A DNA stretch of 30,932 bases, from assembly GCA_965218295.1 (NCBI GenBank), contig CBDCKN010000004.1:1-30932 (forward strand), given 5' to 3'. Both the position numbers and the translations under genes were made by a program. Source of the DNA: Longimicrobiales bacterium. Lineage in GTDB: Bacteria; Gemmatimonadota; Gemmatimonadetes; Longimicrobiales; Gaopeijiaceae. Below the pieces are notes generated by a model. It saw nothing but the letters and a program-made list of their open reading frames with translations, was not told the DNA's origin and did no database searches. Positions 18,770 through 27,029 of the stretch are shown here, one piece after another; position 1 is the first letter of the stretch; the number at the start of each line of letters is the position of its first letter.

Positions 18770-18923
18770 AGAACACCTCGATGATGAACCCGGCGAGGCC
18801 CTGCCATGTTCCTGGCACGGGAAGGTCCGGTCCATGACGTTGCGGATGCACTTTTCTTGGCCCGTTCAGTATGGGAAGCCGGTATACGTGATGTACATCG
18901 GGCAGAAGATCACGCGGAGGTAG
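18770..18923 (+). pseudogene. C-terminal fragment of a hypothetical protein
   Basis: CSWHGKVRSMTLRMHFSWPVQYGKPVYVMYIGQKITRR* reads as a real beta-rich C-terminus; no credible start. Confidence 0.45.
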
Positions 18924-19550
18924 GGATCGATCGTCCCGTGAGCCCGGTAGCCGACTTCCGTAACCTGCGAATCCGGTCGGCCATTACCAGCGCCCCCGAT
19001 GACCGGCCAAGCTTCTCATCGGGGCTCGGCAGCATTCCCCCGGGGAGTCTTGGTCTCTGGTTCTTGCGTCGCTCCGGCCAGGTAGGCGCCCAGCCTTCCG
19101 TCGGGTGTGACCGATCCCTGCCGCAGCGGCCCGTTCGTTTTGTATATCCGAAGTGATCCACAGCGTATCGGTGACCGGCTAACCACCAGCGTAGCAACGG
19201 GTTACTGAATCATTCGTCGGTTCAACCAGGACTGCGCGATCTGCTGCACTTGCCGTTTGACGACATCTGGTCCCGTCACGCCGAAATAGCGTGAAAACGG
19301 CATCGAATAGCGGGTACTCGAGCCTTGCGAACACGGGATCAGTCATTCGAATGACGTCTCTGGCCGTCTTGCGGCGGTTGGCACGTTAGGCCGACCGACC
19401 TCCACCGATCAAGAACGGCGCACTGCACCTCACCATTGGTTGTCGGCGTAGGCCTCGGCTACCGGGTGCCACAAGGGGACATCTTCATCTTCGAGCTCGC
19501 CACGTACGAGCCGGAGTGCGAGGAGGTCCCGCCGGCTTCCGCGACGACTC

Positions 19551-19886
19551 TCAGGTCAGTGCGCGGAGAGCCGACTCGGGGGCTTTGTCGAGAATCCTCA
19601 GCAAGGCTCTCGCGGCGCCGGTCGGGCAACGCTTCCCCTGCTCCCAGTTGCGGATCGTTTCGTGCGGCACGTCGATCCGCCGCGCGAATTCGATCTGCGT
19701 CAGTCCAAGGCGCTCGCGAATCCGGCGTGCATACCGTGCCGTGTCCTGCATCGCTTCGGCGTCGTCCTGGTCCTGCTGCAGGGTGAGATCACTCTCGGTC
19801 GTGTTGTCCAGCACCGCATGGTCGATTCTTCCCTCGGGCAGGCTTCCCGGGTCGCTGGGATCAATCCTGACGCGCACCGTGCTCAT
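19551..19886 (-). CDS. XRE/HTH_3 antitoxin
   Basis: RRIRERLGLTQIEFARRIDVPHETIRNWEQGKRCPTGAARALL; overlaps toxin 3' end. Confidence 0.9.
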   Translation of the reverse strand: MSTVRVRIDPSDPGSLPEGRIDHAVLDNTTESDLTLQQDQDDAEAMQDTARYARRIRERLGLTQIEFARRIDVPHETIRNWEQGKRCPTGAARALLRILDKAPESALRALT

Positions 19887-20142
19887 ATTCCCGAACCTCC
19901 TTCTTGTTGGCCTTACGGGCCGAAATGATGCGCATGGCAGAACCGCGCATCGTATAGATCAGGACGAACACCCGTCCTTCGATAGCCCCGAGAAGCCGGT
20001 AGCGATCCTCACCGTAGTCCCAGCGGTGGTCCCGACCGTCGATCCGGTTCGCATCAAGGAACGCTCGGATAGCATACGCGAAATCGAAGCCGCGACGCAG
20101 GAAACAGTCATTGCTCTTGGCATCGTCCCACTCGAACGCCAT
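19861..20142 (-). CDS. BrnT-family ribonuclease toxin
   Basis: MAFEWDDAK...RGFDF...YGEDRY..LG...YTMRG..RIISARKANKKE. Confidence 0.93.
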   Translation of the reverse strand: MAFEWDDAKSNDCFLRRGFDFAYAIRAFLDANRIDGRDHRWDYGEDRYRLLGAIEGRVFVLIYTMRGSAMRIISARKANKKEVREYEHGARQD

Positions 20143-20146
20143 GGCG

Positions 20147-20177
20147 AATATATAGGCCATTGGCCTACCAACGTCAA
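20147..20177 (-). promoter_or_regulatory. Sigma70-type promoter with palindromic operator for the BrnT/HTH operon
   Basis: TTGACG (20177-20172), 17 bp, TATATA(TT); palindrome TAGGCCA-T-TGGCCTA at 20153-20167. Confidence 0.7.
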
Positions 20178-20462
20178 TCGGGGACGATATCCAAAATCAC
20201 GTTGGCAGCTGGCGAGGCCGATCGCGGACCCATAGTAGTGGGACACCCAAAGTTGCGCACCCGGTCTTTAAAGCTGTGTGGGCATCACCTCCTTGGGCTG
20301 GGGAGAGTTAGACGCGGGCTGCTTGAGCAGTCCTGTCGATCGCGCGAAGTCAGCTTCGCCCTGGTTCCTGAGGATGCCCGTCCTTCACGGCCCTCCACAG
20401 GTGCTGGGACTAACATAGGATGATCTAGTACCGCTCTTGGGGGCAGGTCAGTCCCGGCAAGC

Positions 20463-20600
20463 GGCGAGATTGCGGGGCTGCGCGTCGAGATCGCAGAGGT
20501 TCGCGCCGAAGTTGCTCAACTGCGCGAGCGCATGGCGCACCTCGAAGGATTGCTGGAAGGCTTGCGCGAGGCCATCAGCGGGCGGGTCAAGGCCAGCTAG
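20463..20600 (+). pseudogene. C-terminal remnant of a small coiled-coil protein
   Basis: Manual translation GEIAGLRVEIAEVRAEVAQLRERMAHLEGLLEGLREAISGRVKAS*; no start codon between the in-frame stop at 20421 and this fragment. Confidence 0.6.
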
Positions 20601-20767
20601 GTTGCCGTTGTCCGGCCTCGGAGCAAGTAGTAAGATTACCGGATTAAGAGCTTGACAAATGGAATGCCAATCCGTAACCCCATTATGAGAGCCGAGAGCC
20701 GAGCTGCGTCCGCGGCCCGGGCGGCTCTTCCCGATACCGTCCACTACCGCACCTGGCGGCTGACCCC

Positions 20768-22159
20768 ATGGGCAGCGCCGGTAGCGCCGGGCGGGAGCAC
20801 CAGTCCCGCCGCCTGATCCTTAGCCTCTGCCATCCGGCGGGGGCCGCATCCTCGCCTAGCTTCCTGGCCCGCATCCCGCGCGCGGCGGCGGGACTGCTGT
20901 CGGCCGGGCTCCTGGTCGCCTTCTCGGCTCTGTTCGCGACAGAGGCCGGGGCCCAGACCACGACGCTGATCAGCAACGTCGCGCAAGACGACGGCACCCT
21001 CAATCTCCCCAGCCCCGCTGCTGCCCGCGTAGGCCCCTCTGGAAACAACACGTTCACTCAAGCGCAGCAATTCACCACGGGCGACAACGAGGGCGGCTAT
21101 ACGCTGACGGAAGTCGTCGCCTACATAAGAAACTTCGAGGGCTCGGACGCGGCGCGGGTGAGCGTTTACACGGCGGATTCGGACGGCGACCCGGGCTCCA
21201 GCGAGCACGTCCTTACCGGGATGATCACCGACAAGAGCCTCAACACCTTCACCGCGCTGCCCAACGCGACGCTTGCGAAGGAGACGGAGTATTTCGTCGT
21301 GTTCGAGGCTACCGCAGGCTTTTACTCGCTTGGAACTACGACTACCGACAAACTGGATGCCAATCCGGCCAACGAGTGGAGCATCAACAACGAGCGTCAC
21401 TATAAGTTAAGCGACACCGGCGATTGGACCACGAGTAGCAAAGAAGCACGCATCCAGATCAAGGGCACGGCGGGCGGTACCGCGGCCACCGTTCCGGACG
21501 CGCCGCAGGAGTTCACGGCGACGGCCGGGTTCTCGAGCGCGACGCTTGCGTGGCAACCGCCGAGCAACGAGGGGGGCAGCCCTATCCTCGGGTATCAGTA
21601 CCAGTACAAGCAAGGGGATGGGACCTACTACGACTGGACGGACATTCGGAACAGCGAGAGCCTGACCAGCCACGTCCTTTCACGAGGCGCAGCTCCCAAT
21701 ACCACCGTGACGTACAAGCTGCGGGCGAAGAACCTGATTGGCGGCGGGGCGACCGCCGAGCAGAGCGTCACCTTCGCCGGCGCGCTGACCGTCCGGTGGG
21801 CCGAGACGGCGCTGTCGTTCGCGGAGGCCGCGGGCGACGTCCAGTTCGAGGTGGTCGCGGAGACCGCGACCGGCGGTGTCAAGCCCGACTCCAATTTCCA
21901 GGTCGTCCTCTCCAAACTGTCGTTGACGGCGACGCCCGGGACGCTCGCGGAGGGGGGGGACTACCAGGGGATTCCAGATTTGGTGACGTTCGTGCCGGAG
22001 GACTTCACGCACGACGGGCAGCGTTGGGTCGCGAGCAAGGCGGTGACGGTCACGATTCACGACGACAATTATATCGAAGAGGACGAACAGTTCGCGGTCA
22101 TTCTGGAGTCCGGCTTGACCCTTTGCCTTGCCGGGCATTTTTGTTATATTAATGTATAA
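20768..22159 (+). CDS. Secreted fibronectin type III + Calx-beta-like surface protein, probably C-terminally truncated
   Basis: Signal peptide ...ATEAGA-QTTTLISN; FN3 (VPDAP..LAWQPP..GGSPILGYQY..YKLRAKN); Calx-beta-like (VTIHDDNYIEEDEQFAVIL); last ~15 codons run through the AT-rich pemIK promoter. Confidence 0.8.
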   Translation: MGSAGSAGREHQSRRLILSLCHPAGAASSPSFLARIPRAAAGLLSAGLLVAFSALFATEAGAQTTTLISNVAQDDGTLNLPSPAAARVGPSGNNTFTQAQQFTTGDNEGGYTLTEVVAYIRNFEGSDAARVSVYTADSDGDPGSSEHVLTGMITDKSLNTFTALPNATLAKETEYFVVFEATAGFYSLGTTTTDKLDANPANEWSINNERHYKLSDTGDWTTSSKEARIQIKGTAGGTAATVPDAPQEFTATAGFSSATLAWQPPSNEGGSPILGYQYQYKQGDGTYYDWTDIRNSESLTSHVLSRGAAPNTTVTYKLRAKNLIGGGATAEQSVTFAGALTVRWAETALSFAEAAGDVQFEVVAETATGGVKPDSNFQVVLSKLSLTATPGTLAEGGDYQGIPDLVTFVPEDFTHDGQRWVASKAVTVTIHDDNYIEEDEQFAVILESGLTLCLAGHFCYINV

Positions 22160-22170
22160 TAGTGGAGGTG
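22124..22170 (+). promoter_or_regulatory. pemIK promoter/operator and RBS
   Basis: TTGCC.. -35-like, TATATT/TATAAT -10-like, imperfect palindrome TTATATTAATGTATAA (22144-22159), GGAGGT. Confidence 0.65.
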
Positions 22171-22173
22171 TCC

Positions 22174-22431
22174 ATGCATACGACAAACCTGCGCAAAGTC
22201 GGCGGTTCCATTATGCTCGCCGTACCCCCAGTCCTTCTAGACCTCCTGAAGCTCCGGGTCGGGGCCAAAGTGGATATCGACGTGGAGAACGGTCGCCTGA
22301 TCATTCAGCCTAAGGCACGTCCCAGCTACTCGCTCGATGAGCTTCTGGCACAATGCGACGAAATCGATGTTCTGTCCGCCGAGGACCGTGCCTGGATTGA
22401 TGCGAAGCCCGTCGGCAACGAGCTGTTGTAG
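22174..22431 (+). CDS. pemI: PemI/MazE (AbrB-fold) antitoxin
   Basis: MHTTNLRKVGGSIMLAVPP...YSLDELLAQCD...W.DAKPVGNELL. Confidence 0.93.
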   Translation: MHTTNLRKVGGSIMLAVPPVLLDLLKLRVGAKVDIDVENGRLIIQPKARPSYSLDELLAQCDEIDVLSAEDRAWIDAKPVGNELL

Positions 22432-22763
22432 TGGAGCGGGGCGACATCTGGCTCGTCAGCCTCGATCCCACTGCCGGCCATGAGCAACAGGGGACCCGCC
22501 CGGTACTGATCATATCCCCTGCGCCATTCAACAAGCTGACCGGGACGCCGGTAGTCCTACCCATCACCACGGGCGGAAGCTTCGCGCGTAGGCGTGGTTT
22601 CGCAGTGTCTCTACAGGGCATAGACACCCGGACAACTGGCGTGATCCGCTGCGACCAACCTCGTGCCCTCGATCTCACAGCCCGGAAGGGGAAGCGTCTC
22701 GAAACTGTTCCCGAGCACATCGTGGACGACGTACTTGCCCGCCTCGCCACCATCCTTGAATAG
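22431..22763 (+). CDS. pemK: PemK/MazF endoribonuclease toxin
   Basis: ERGDIWLVSLDPTAGHEQQGTRPVLIISP..FN...PITTGG...CDQPRALD. Confidence 0.95.
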   Translation: MERGDIWLVSLDPTAGHEQQGTRPVLIISPAPFNKLTGTPVVLPITTGGSFARRRGFAVSLQGIDTRTTGVIRCDQPRALDLTARKGKRLETVPEHIVDDVLARLATILE

Positions 22764-22854
22764 ACGGCGTGACTAGCTCACGAGCTCCAGACACGCTCGA
22801 ATCCTCCCTGCTGAGATGCAGACGTCTTAGATTATAACAGCGGGGACGGCCTGC

Positions 22855-24111
22855 ATGCCCACACACATCACTGCGCGCCTTGCTTGGCACAATGACGGGT
22901 GGAACGGCGCGATCTGCAAAGCGCCGGAGAAGAACACCTATTGTGTTGGATGTAAATCATACCCCGGCGACCTCATCGCGCGTGAGCGCAATCTCCAGAT
23001 GGAGAAGCGCTTGGAGGGTCGTTCCGGCGCTCAGCTTGAGGGCTATGTGCCGCCGTGTAGCTACAGCTACAACGCCTTCGGCCTGGATGAAGCACCAAGC
23101 GCATCCAATCCGCCCGACTTCTTCTATGGCGGCGCGAGCCGGCACGAATGGATGCTATCTGCGGCAACGGTCAGCGTGTGGCCGTATGAGGCCATGTACG
23201 GGGAAGAGGTCTGGGCTCAGGGCTATCTCGACAACGATAAGCGCCGAGCGCTGACGCGGGAATTCTTCCAGCCGATCGAGAAAGATTGTGGAAGCAATCT
23301 CATCTTCTACTATGCGAACTATTCCAACCCGATCTCCGAAGAGGAAGCCCCGCGCTACGTTCTCATCGGCGTATCGCGCATCGTGAACGTAGGCAAGGAA
23401 CTCTTCTACGAAAACGTCTCGGAAGAAATCGCGAAACGCTATGCCAGCGGCATGATCTGGGCGCGCGACATCAGCGCGGCCTTTCCTGACGAAGGCGTGC
23501 GGCTCCCCTACCATCGCTACTTGAACGAGCCAGACCGCCTCGCTGATGTCGCGCTCTTCCCTGAGAACCCGCTCATCTGTAAATACGGCTCCAAGCATCT
23601 CACCGACGATGAAGCTATCGGTCTCCTCGAGCAGTTTCTTGCCAAGGTTCGTTTCCTTCGCGAGACTGGAGATGAAAGCGAGGATTGGAGCGTCCGTGAG
23701 GCATGGTTACTCAAGTCAATCAGTGAGCTCTGGCGCTGCCGAGGCCTCTATCCTGGCCTCCTGAAGGCGTTGAAGGTCGCCGGGGCGACGCCGCTGATCG
23801 ACGCTGTGAAGGACCTCTCCATCCAGGAGGGGCAGGAAAGAGCATATGCCGGAGCGTTCGAGTTTCTGGAATCTGGGAATGACAATGTCCTTACGACTGC
23901 CATCGACGCGGCAGAACGTAAGAAGATTGCGCGCAACTGGATGCTCAAAGAGGACAGCAGCCGCCTGCTTCTTCGTGACGTCCTGCCGCGCCTAGATTTG
24001 ACGCTGAAGGTGATGGGCACGGTTGCCTCCGAGCAGCGCGCGGATTGCGGCATCACGGTATCTGCCGAGGAGATTACCGCCAATCCTTACCTGATTGCGG
24101 AGATGTATTGA
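22855..24111 (+). pseudogene. N-terminal 418 aa of a large protein, probably a RecD-like (SF1B) helicase family member, truncated by IS256
   Basis: HITARLAWHNDGWNGAIC..P..NTYC N-terminus recalled from large RecD-like ATPases; ends at NPYLIAE (RecD2-like NPY motif); stop codon is made by the IS end at 24110. Confidence 0.6.
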
Positions 24112-24138
24112 GGTTGGGTCAATAGGTGTGTAAACGTA

Positions 24139-25369
24139 TGTACAGAGATGGTAATGACCTGACAGTTGGCCCTCGCCGGAGCTGTGTCTAGGCTGCCTTC
24201 GTCTTAGCCTCCTCCTTCCTGGCCTTTGCGGCCTTCCTGGCGTCGGTGAGACCGGCCTTGAAGACCTGATAGGGCGTGCGGCCCTCCATGGCTCGACCGC
24301 GGTGCGGCCGCTTCCGGTTGTAGGTCTCCAGATACGCCTCGAGGTCCTGCTGCATCTCCTCGACGGTCTCGTACCAGGTGGTGCGGCCCTTCACCCTCAA
24401 GTGCTCGTCGAGGAGCGTGCGGTGGAAGCGCTCGATGAAGCCGTTGGACTGGGGCCTGCCCACCTTCGTCGTGCGGTGCTCGATGTCCTCGAGCTGAAGG
24501 AACAGCTCATATGGGTGACGGTCCGGACGGCCGCAGAACTCGCGGCCGTTGTCGCTGAGCACGGTCTTCACCCGGACCCGGTGCTCATCGAAGAACGGCA
24601 ACACGTCGTTATTCATCACCTGCACCGCCGTGAGCGGGAGCTTGCTCGTGTAGAGCCGGCCCCAGGCGTAGCGGCTGAAGCAATCGAGCACGGTCTGCAG
24701 GTACACCTTGCCGACCCCCTTCAGCGTTCCGACGAAGAACGTGTCCACGGCGACGAGGTCGCCCGGGTAATGGACTTCGATGTGGCGCTCCCGGAACTCG
24801 GGACTGAAGCGCTCCAGCAGCTCGATCTGCTCGTCGGTCAGCTTCAGCTTCCGTTCCCTGGCCGTCTCTTCGAGCCTGAGCAGCCGTTCGTGCTTCGTGG
24901 TGAGGCCATGCCGGCTCCACACGCCCCGTACGCCTCCTGAGCTCACCTGGATCCCTCCGAGCAGCAACTCGTCCGCGACCCGCTGAGCTCCGTGCGTCGG
25001 AGCCTCCAAGGCGTGGGCCAAGACCGCCTGCTCAATCTCTTCACTCACCCGGTTCGGGTGCGGTCCCTTCGGCCCCGGAAGCTGGTCGATCAGCCCCTCG
25101 GCCCCGTAAAGCTGGAAGTTCCTCCTGATCTCGTAGAACTGCTGCCGGCTGTAGCCCACGATCTTGCACGCCTTGCTCACGTTGCCGAGCTCCTGGGCCA
25201 ACTGTAGCAGGCTCAGCTTGCGGCGCGCTATCTTCTCCCCCTGGACGGTGGTCATCTTCTCTCCCGTGCTAAGTGAGTGACTTCGACATCTCTCAATTAG
25301 CTCCGGCGAGGGCGGCTGGCCACCGTCCTCTCTCGTGGTCAACTGTCAGGTGAATACCGTCTCAGCACA
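24139..25369 (-). mobile_element. IS481-family element
   Basis: TGT...ACA ends, imperfect ~30-bp IRs, CGTA duplicated on both flanks. Confidence 0.93.
24188..25255 (-). CDS. IS481-family transposase
   Basis: LAQELGNVSKACKIVGYSRQQFY, VAVDTF, LSDNGREF, PQSNGFIERFHRT. Confidence 0.95.
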   Translation of the reverse strand: MTTVQGEKIARRKLSLLQLAQELGNVSKACKIVGYSRQQFYEIRRNFQLYGAEGLIDQLPGPKGPHPNRVSEEIEQAVLAHALEAPTHGAQRVADELLLGGIQVSSGGVRGVWSRHGLTTKHERLLRLEETARERKLKLTDEQIELLERFSPEFRERHIEVHYPGDLVAVDTFFVGTLKGVGKVYLQTVLDCFSRYAWGRLYTSKLPLTAVQVMNNDVLPFFDEHRVRVKTVLSDNGREFCGRPDRHPYELFLQLEDIEHRTTKVGRPQSNGFIERFHRTLLDEHLRVKGRTTWYETVEEMQQDLEAYLETYNRKRPHRGRAMEGRTPYQVFKAGLTDARKAAKARKEEAKTKAA

Positions 25370-25373
25370 CGTA

Positions 25374-26618
25374 TTAGGCGGCGTTCTTCCGCTGTTGGTG
25401 TGAGACGGGCTTTCCGTCTTCGAACTTTCTTCCTTCAAATACGTCCTTGAGGAGGTGAGGAGCGTCGAGCCTTCGGAACCGCTTCTCAGCCACCAAGAGC
25501 AACTTCCAGATTAGCGCCGTAGCGCTCTCGACCCGCTTGAACCGCTTCGCTGCTGTCGTCCTGAGCCGTACCGCGGCGAACGGGCTCTCGACCACGTTCG
25601 TCGTGCGTAGATGCTTCCAGTGGTCCTCGGGGAAGTCGTAGAACGCTACCATCCGCTCCCAGTCGTCCTCGAGTACGTCCACTGCTTTCGGATACCACGG
25701 CCTATAGCGTCGGGCGAACACCTCGCGGGCCTTCAGGGCCTCGGCCCGGCTCGGTGCGTAGACCACGGCCCGGAGAAGATCCTTCGCCTCGCCCTGCTCC
25801 CGCTGAGGTAGTCGGTCCAGCACGTTCCTCATCTTGTGGTTCCAGCACCGTTGCTCACCCGCCTCAGGCCATACCTGCCGTACTGCGCCCCAGATCGCAG
25901 CGTTACCGTCCGCCATCAGAAGCCGGGGCGCCTCGATGCCGCGTGCCTTCAGGTCCCGCAACACCTCGGACCAGGACTCGACCGACTCTCGGTAGCCCGC
26001 TCTCAGGGCCAACACCTCTTTCGTCCCGTCTCGCATGGCACCCAGCACCACCAGCAGCGCCGCTTTGTCCCGCTCCAGCCCTGCCTTCACATAGATCCCG
26101 TCCGCCCACACGTAGACGACCTCACGACCCTCCAGGCGACGCTGGCTCCATTCCTCGAACTCCGCCGTCCATCCCGCCCGCAGCCGCCGAATCGAAGACT
26201 TCGACAGCGGTGCCCCCTCGCCCAGCAGGCCCCGCATCGCCAACTCGAAGTCTCCCTCCGCCAGTCCGTGCAGATACAGCTCCGGAAGCAGAGCACCCAG
26301 CTCCTTCGTCCGCCTCGCGAACAACGGCAGCACGCGGCTCTCGAACCGCTCCTCAAGGCCTCGAACTCGAGGGCGTCGGAGTGTGATCGTGCCCGAGCTC
26401 ATCGCCAGCCGCCTCGGCTTGCCGTATCCGTTGCGGTAGCCCTCGGTCGCGTCCACCACCCTCCTGCGCTCTGACTTCTCTCGCCCTAGCAACTCCGTGA
26501 CTTCCTCCTCCAAGATCTGTTGAATGAACTCCTGCGCCTTCTCCCGAACCACTTCTTCCAGAACTTCCCACACGGGCGTCCTGGACTCACCCTCGGGTCC
26601 CACCGTATTCTTCCTCAC
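25374..26618 (-). CDS. IS256-family transposase (same protein as copy 1)
   Basis: Identical 414-aa translation. Confidence 0.95.
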   Translation of the reverse strand: MRKNTVGPEGESRTPVWEVLEEVVREKAQEFIQQILEEEVTELLGREKSERRRVVDATEGYRNGYGKPRRLAMSSGTITLRRPRVRGLEERFESRVLPLFARRTKELGALLPELYLHGLAEGDFELAMRGLLGEGAPLSKSSIRRLRAGWTAEFEEWSQRRLEGREVVYVWADGIYVKAGLERDKAALLVVLGAMRDGTKEVLALRAGYRESVESWSEVLRDLKARGIEAPRLLMADGNAAIWGAVRQVWPEAGEQRCWNHKMRNVLDRLPQREQGEAKDLLRAVVYAPSRAEALKAREVFARRYRPWYPKAVDVLEDDWERMVAFYDFPEDHWKHLRTTNVVESPFAAVRLRTTAAKRFKRVESATALIWKLLLVAEKRFRRLDAPHLLKDVFEGRKFEDGKPVSHQQRKNAA

Positions 26619-26762
26619 GAGGCGTCGTTCCTTTCCCCCGGGCTGTCACCCGGAGTTCGCTGGTTATTACTCAGCGGAAAGGTACGTCGCCTCTCTTTTT
26701 ACACACCCTTTGATCCTAGCTCAGCATCCCCCGCGAAGCCCACATGGATGGTGACTACAGAG

Positions 26763-26802
26763 TGTCAACATCGGTTGAAAATGTCCCACGCCGGAGCCGG
26801 TT
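26763..26802. mobile_element. Isolated IS21-like terminus
   Basis: TGTCAACATCGGTTGAAAATGTCCCA followed by the start of a second CGGTT repeat; no istA/istB nearby. Confidence 0.55.
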
Positions 26803-27029
26803 CTGTTCGAGACGATGGAAGCGATCCACCGCAGAAGATCGATGAGCTTCAGCTCCGTCGGCCTACAAGGCCATTGAGGGCCGCACCCCGGCTGGGTGTT
26901 GCGAACCCCTGGAGGCGGTCAGTGTGGATAGGAACCTAGGGGTACATGTAATCGGTCGACGACCCGCCCCTTAGCGGTTCCGAAACCACATGGCGCGTCG
27001 CCGACCGGCACAGACGGCCTGGCCTTCTC

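Larger units (their letters stand above)
24110..26722 (-). mobile_element. IS256-family element, copy 2, interrupted by IS481 just inside its right IR
   Basis: Same IRs as copy 1; 24110-24138 plus 25370-26722 reconstitute the element. Confidence 0.93.

Noticed and set aside
19177..19391. Possible integron attC (GGCTAAC ... GTTAGGC)
   Set aside because: Boxes are over 200 bp apart and imperfectly complementary, with no internal stem and no integron integrase
18924..19550. Short ORFs on both strands between hsdM and the TA pair
   Set aside because: No recognisable motifs; probably decayed fragments that I cannot assign
26923..26950. DnaA-box-like TGTGGATAG and GGGGTACA arm-site-like motif
   Set aside because: Single short imperfect matches expected by chance
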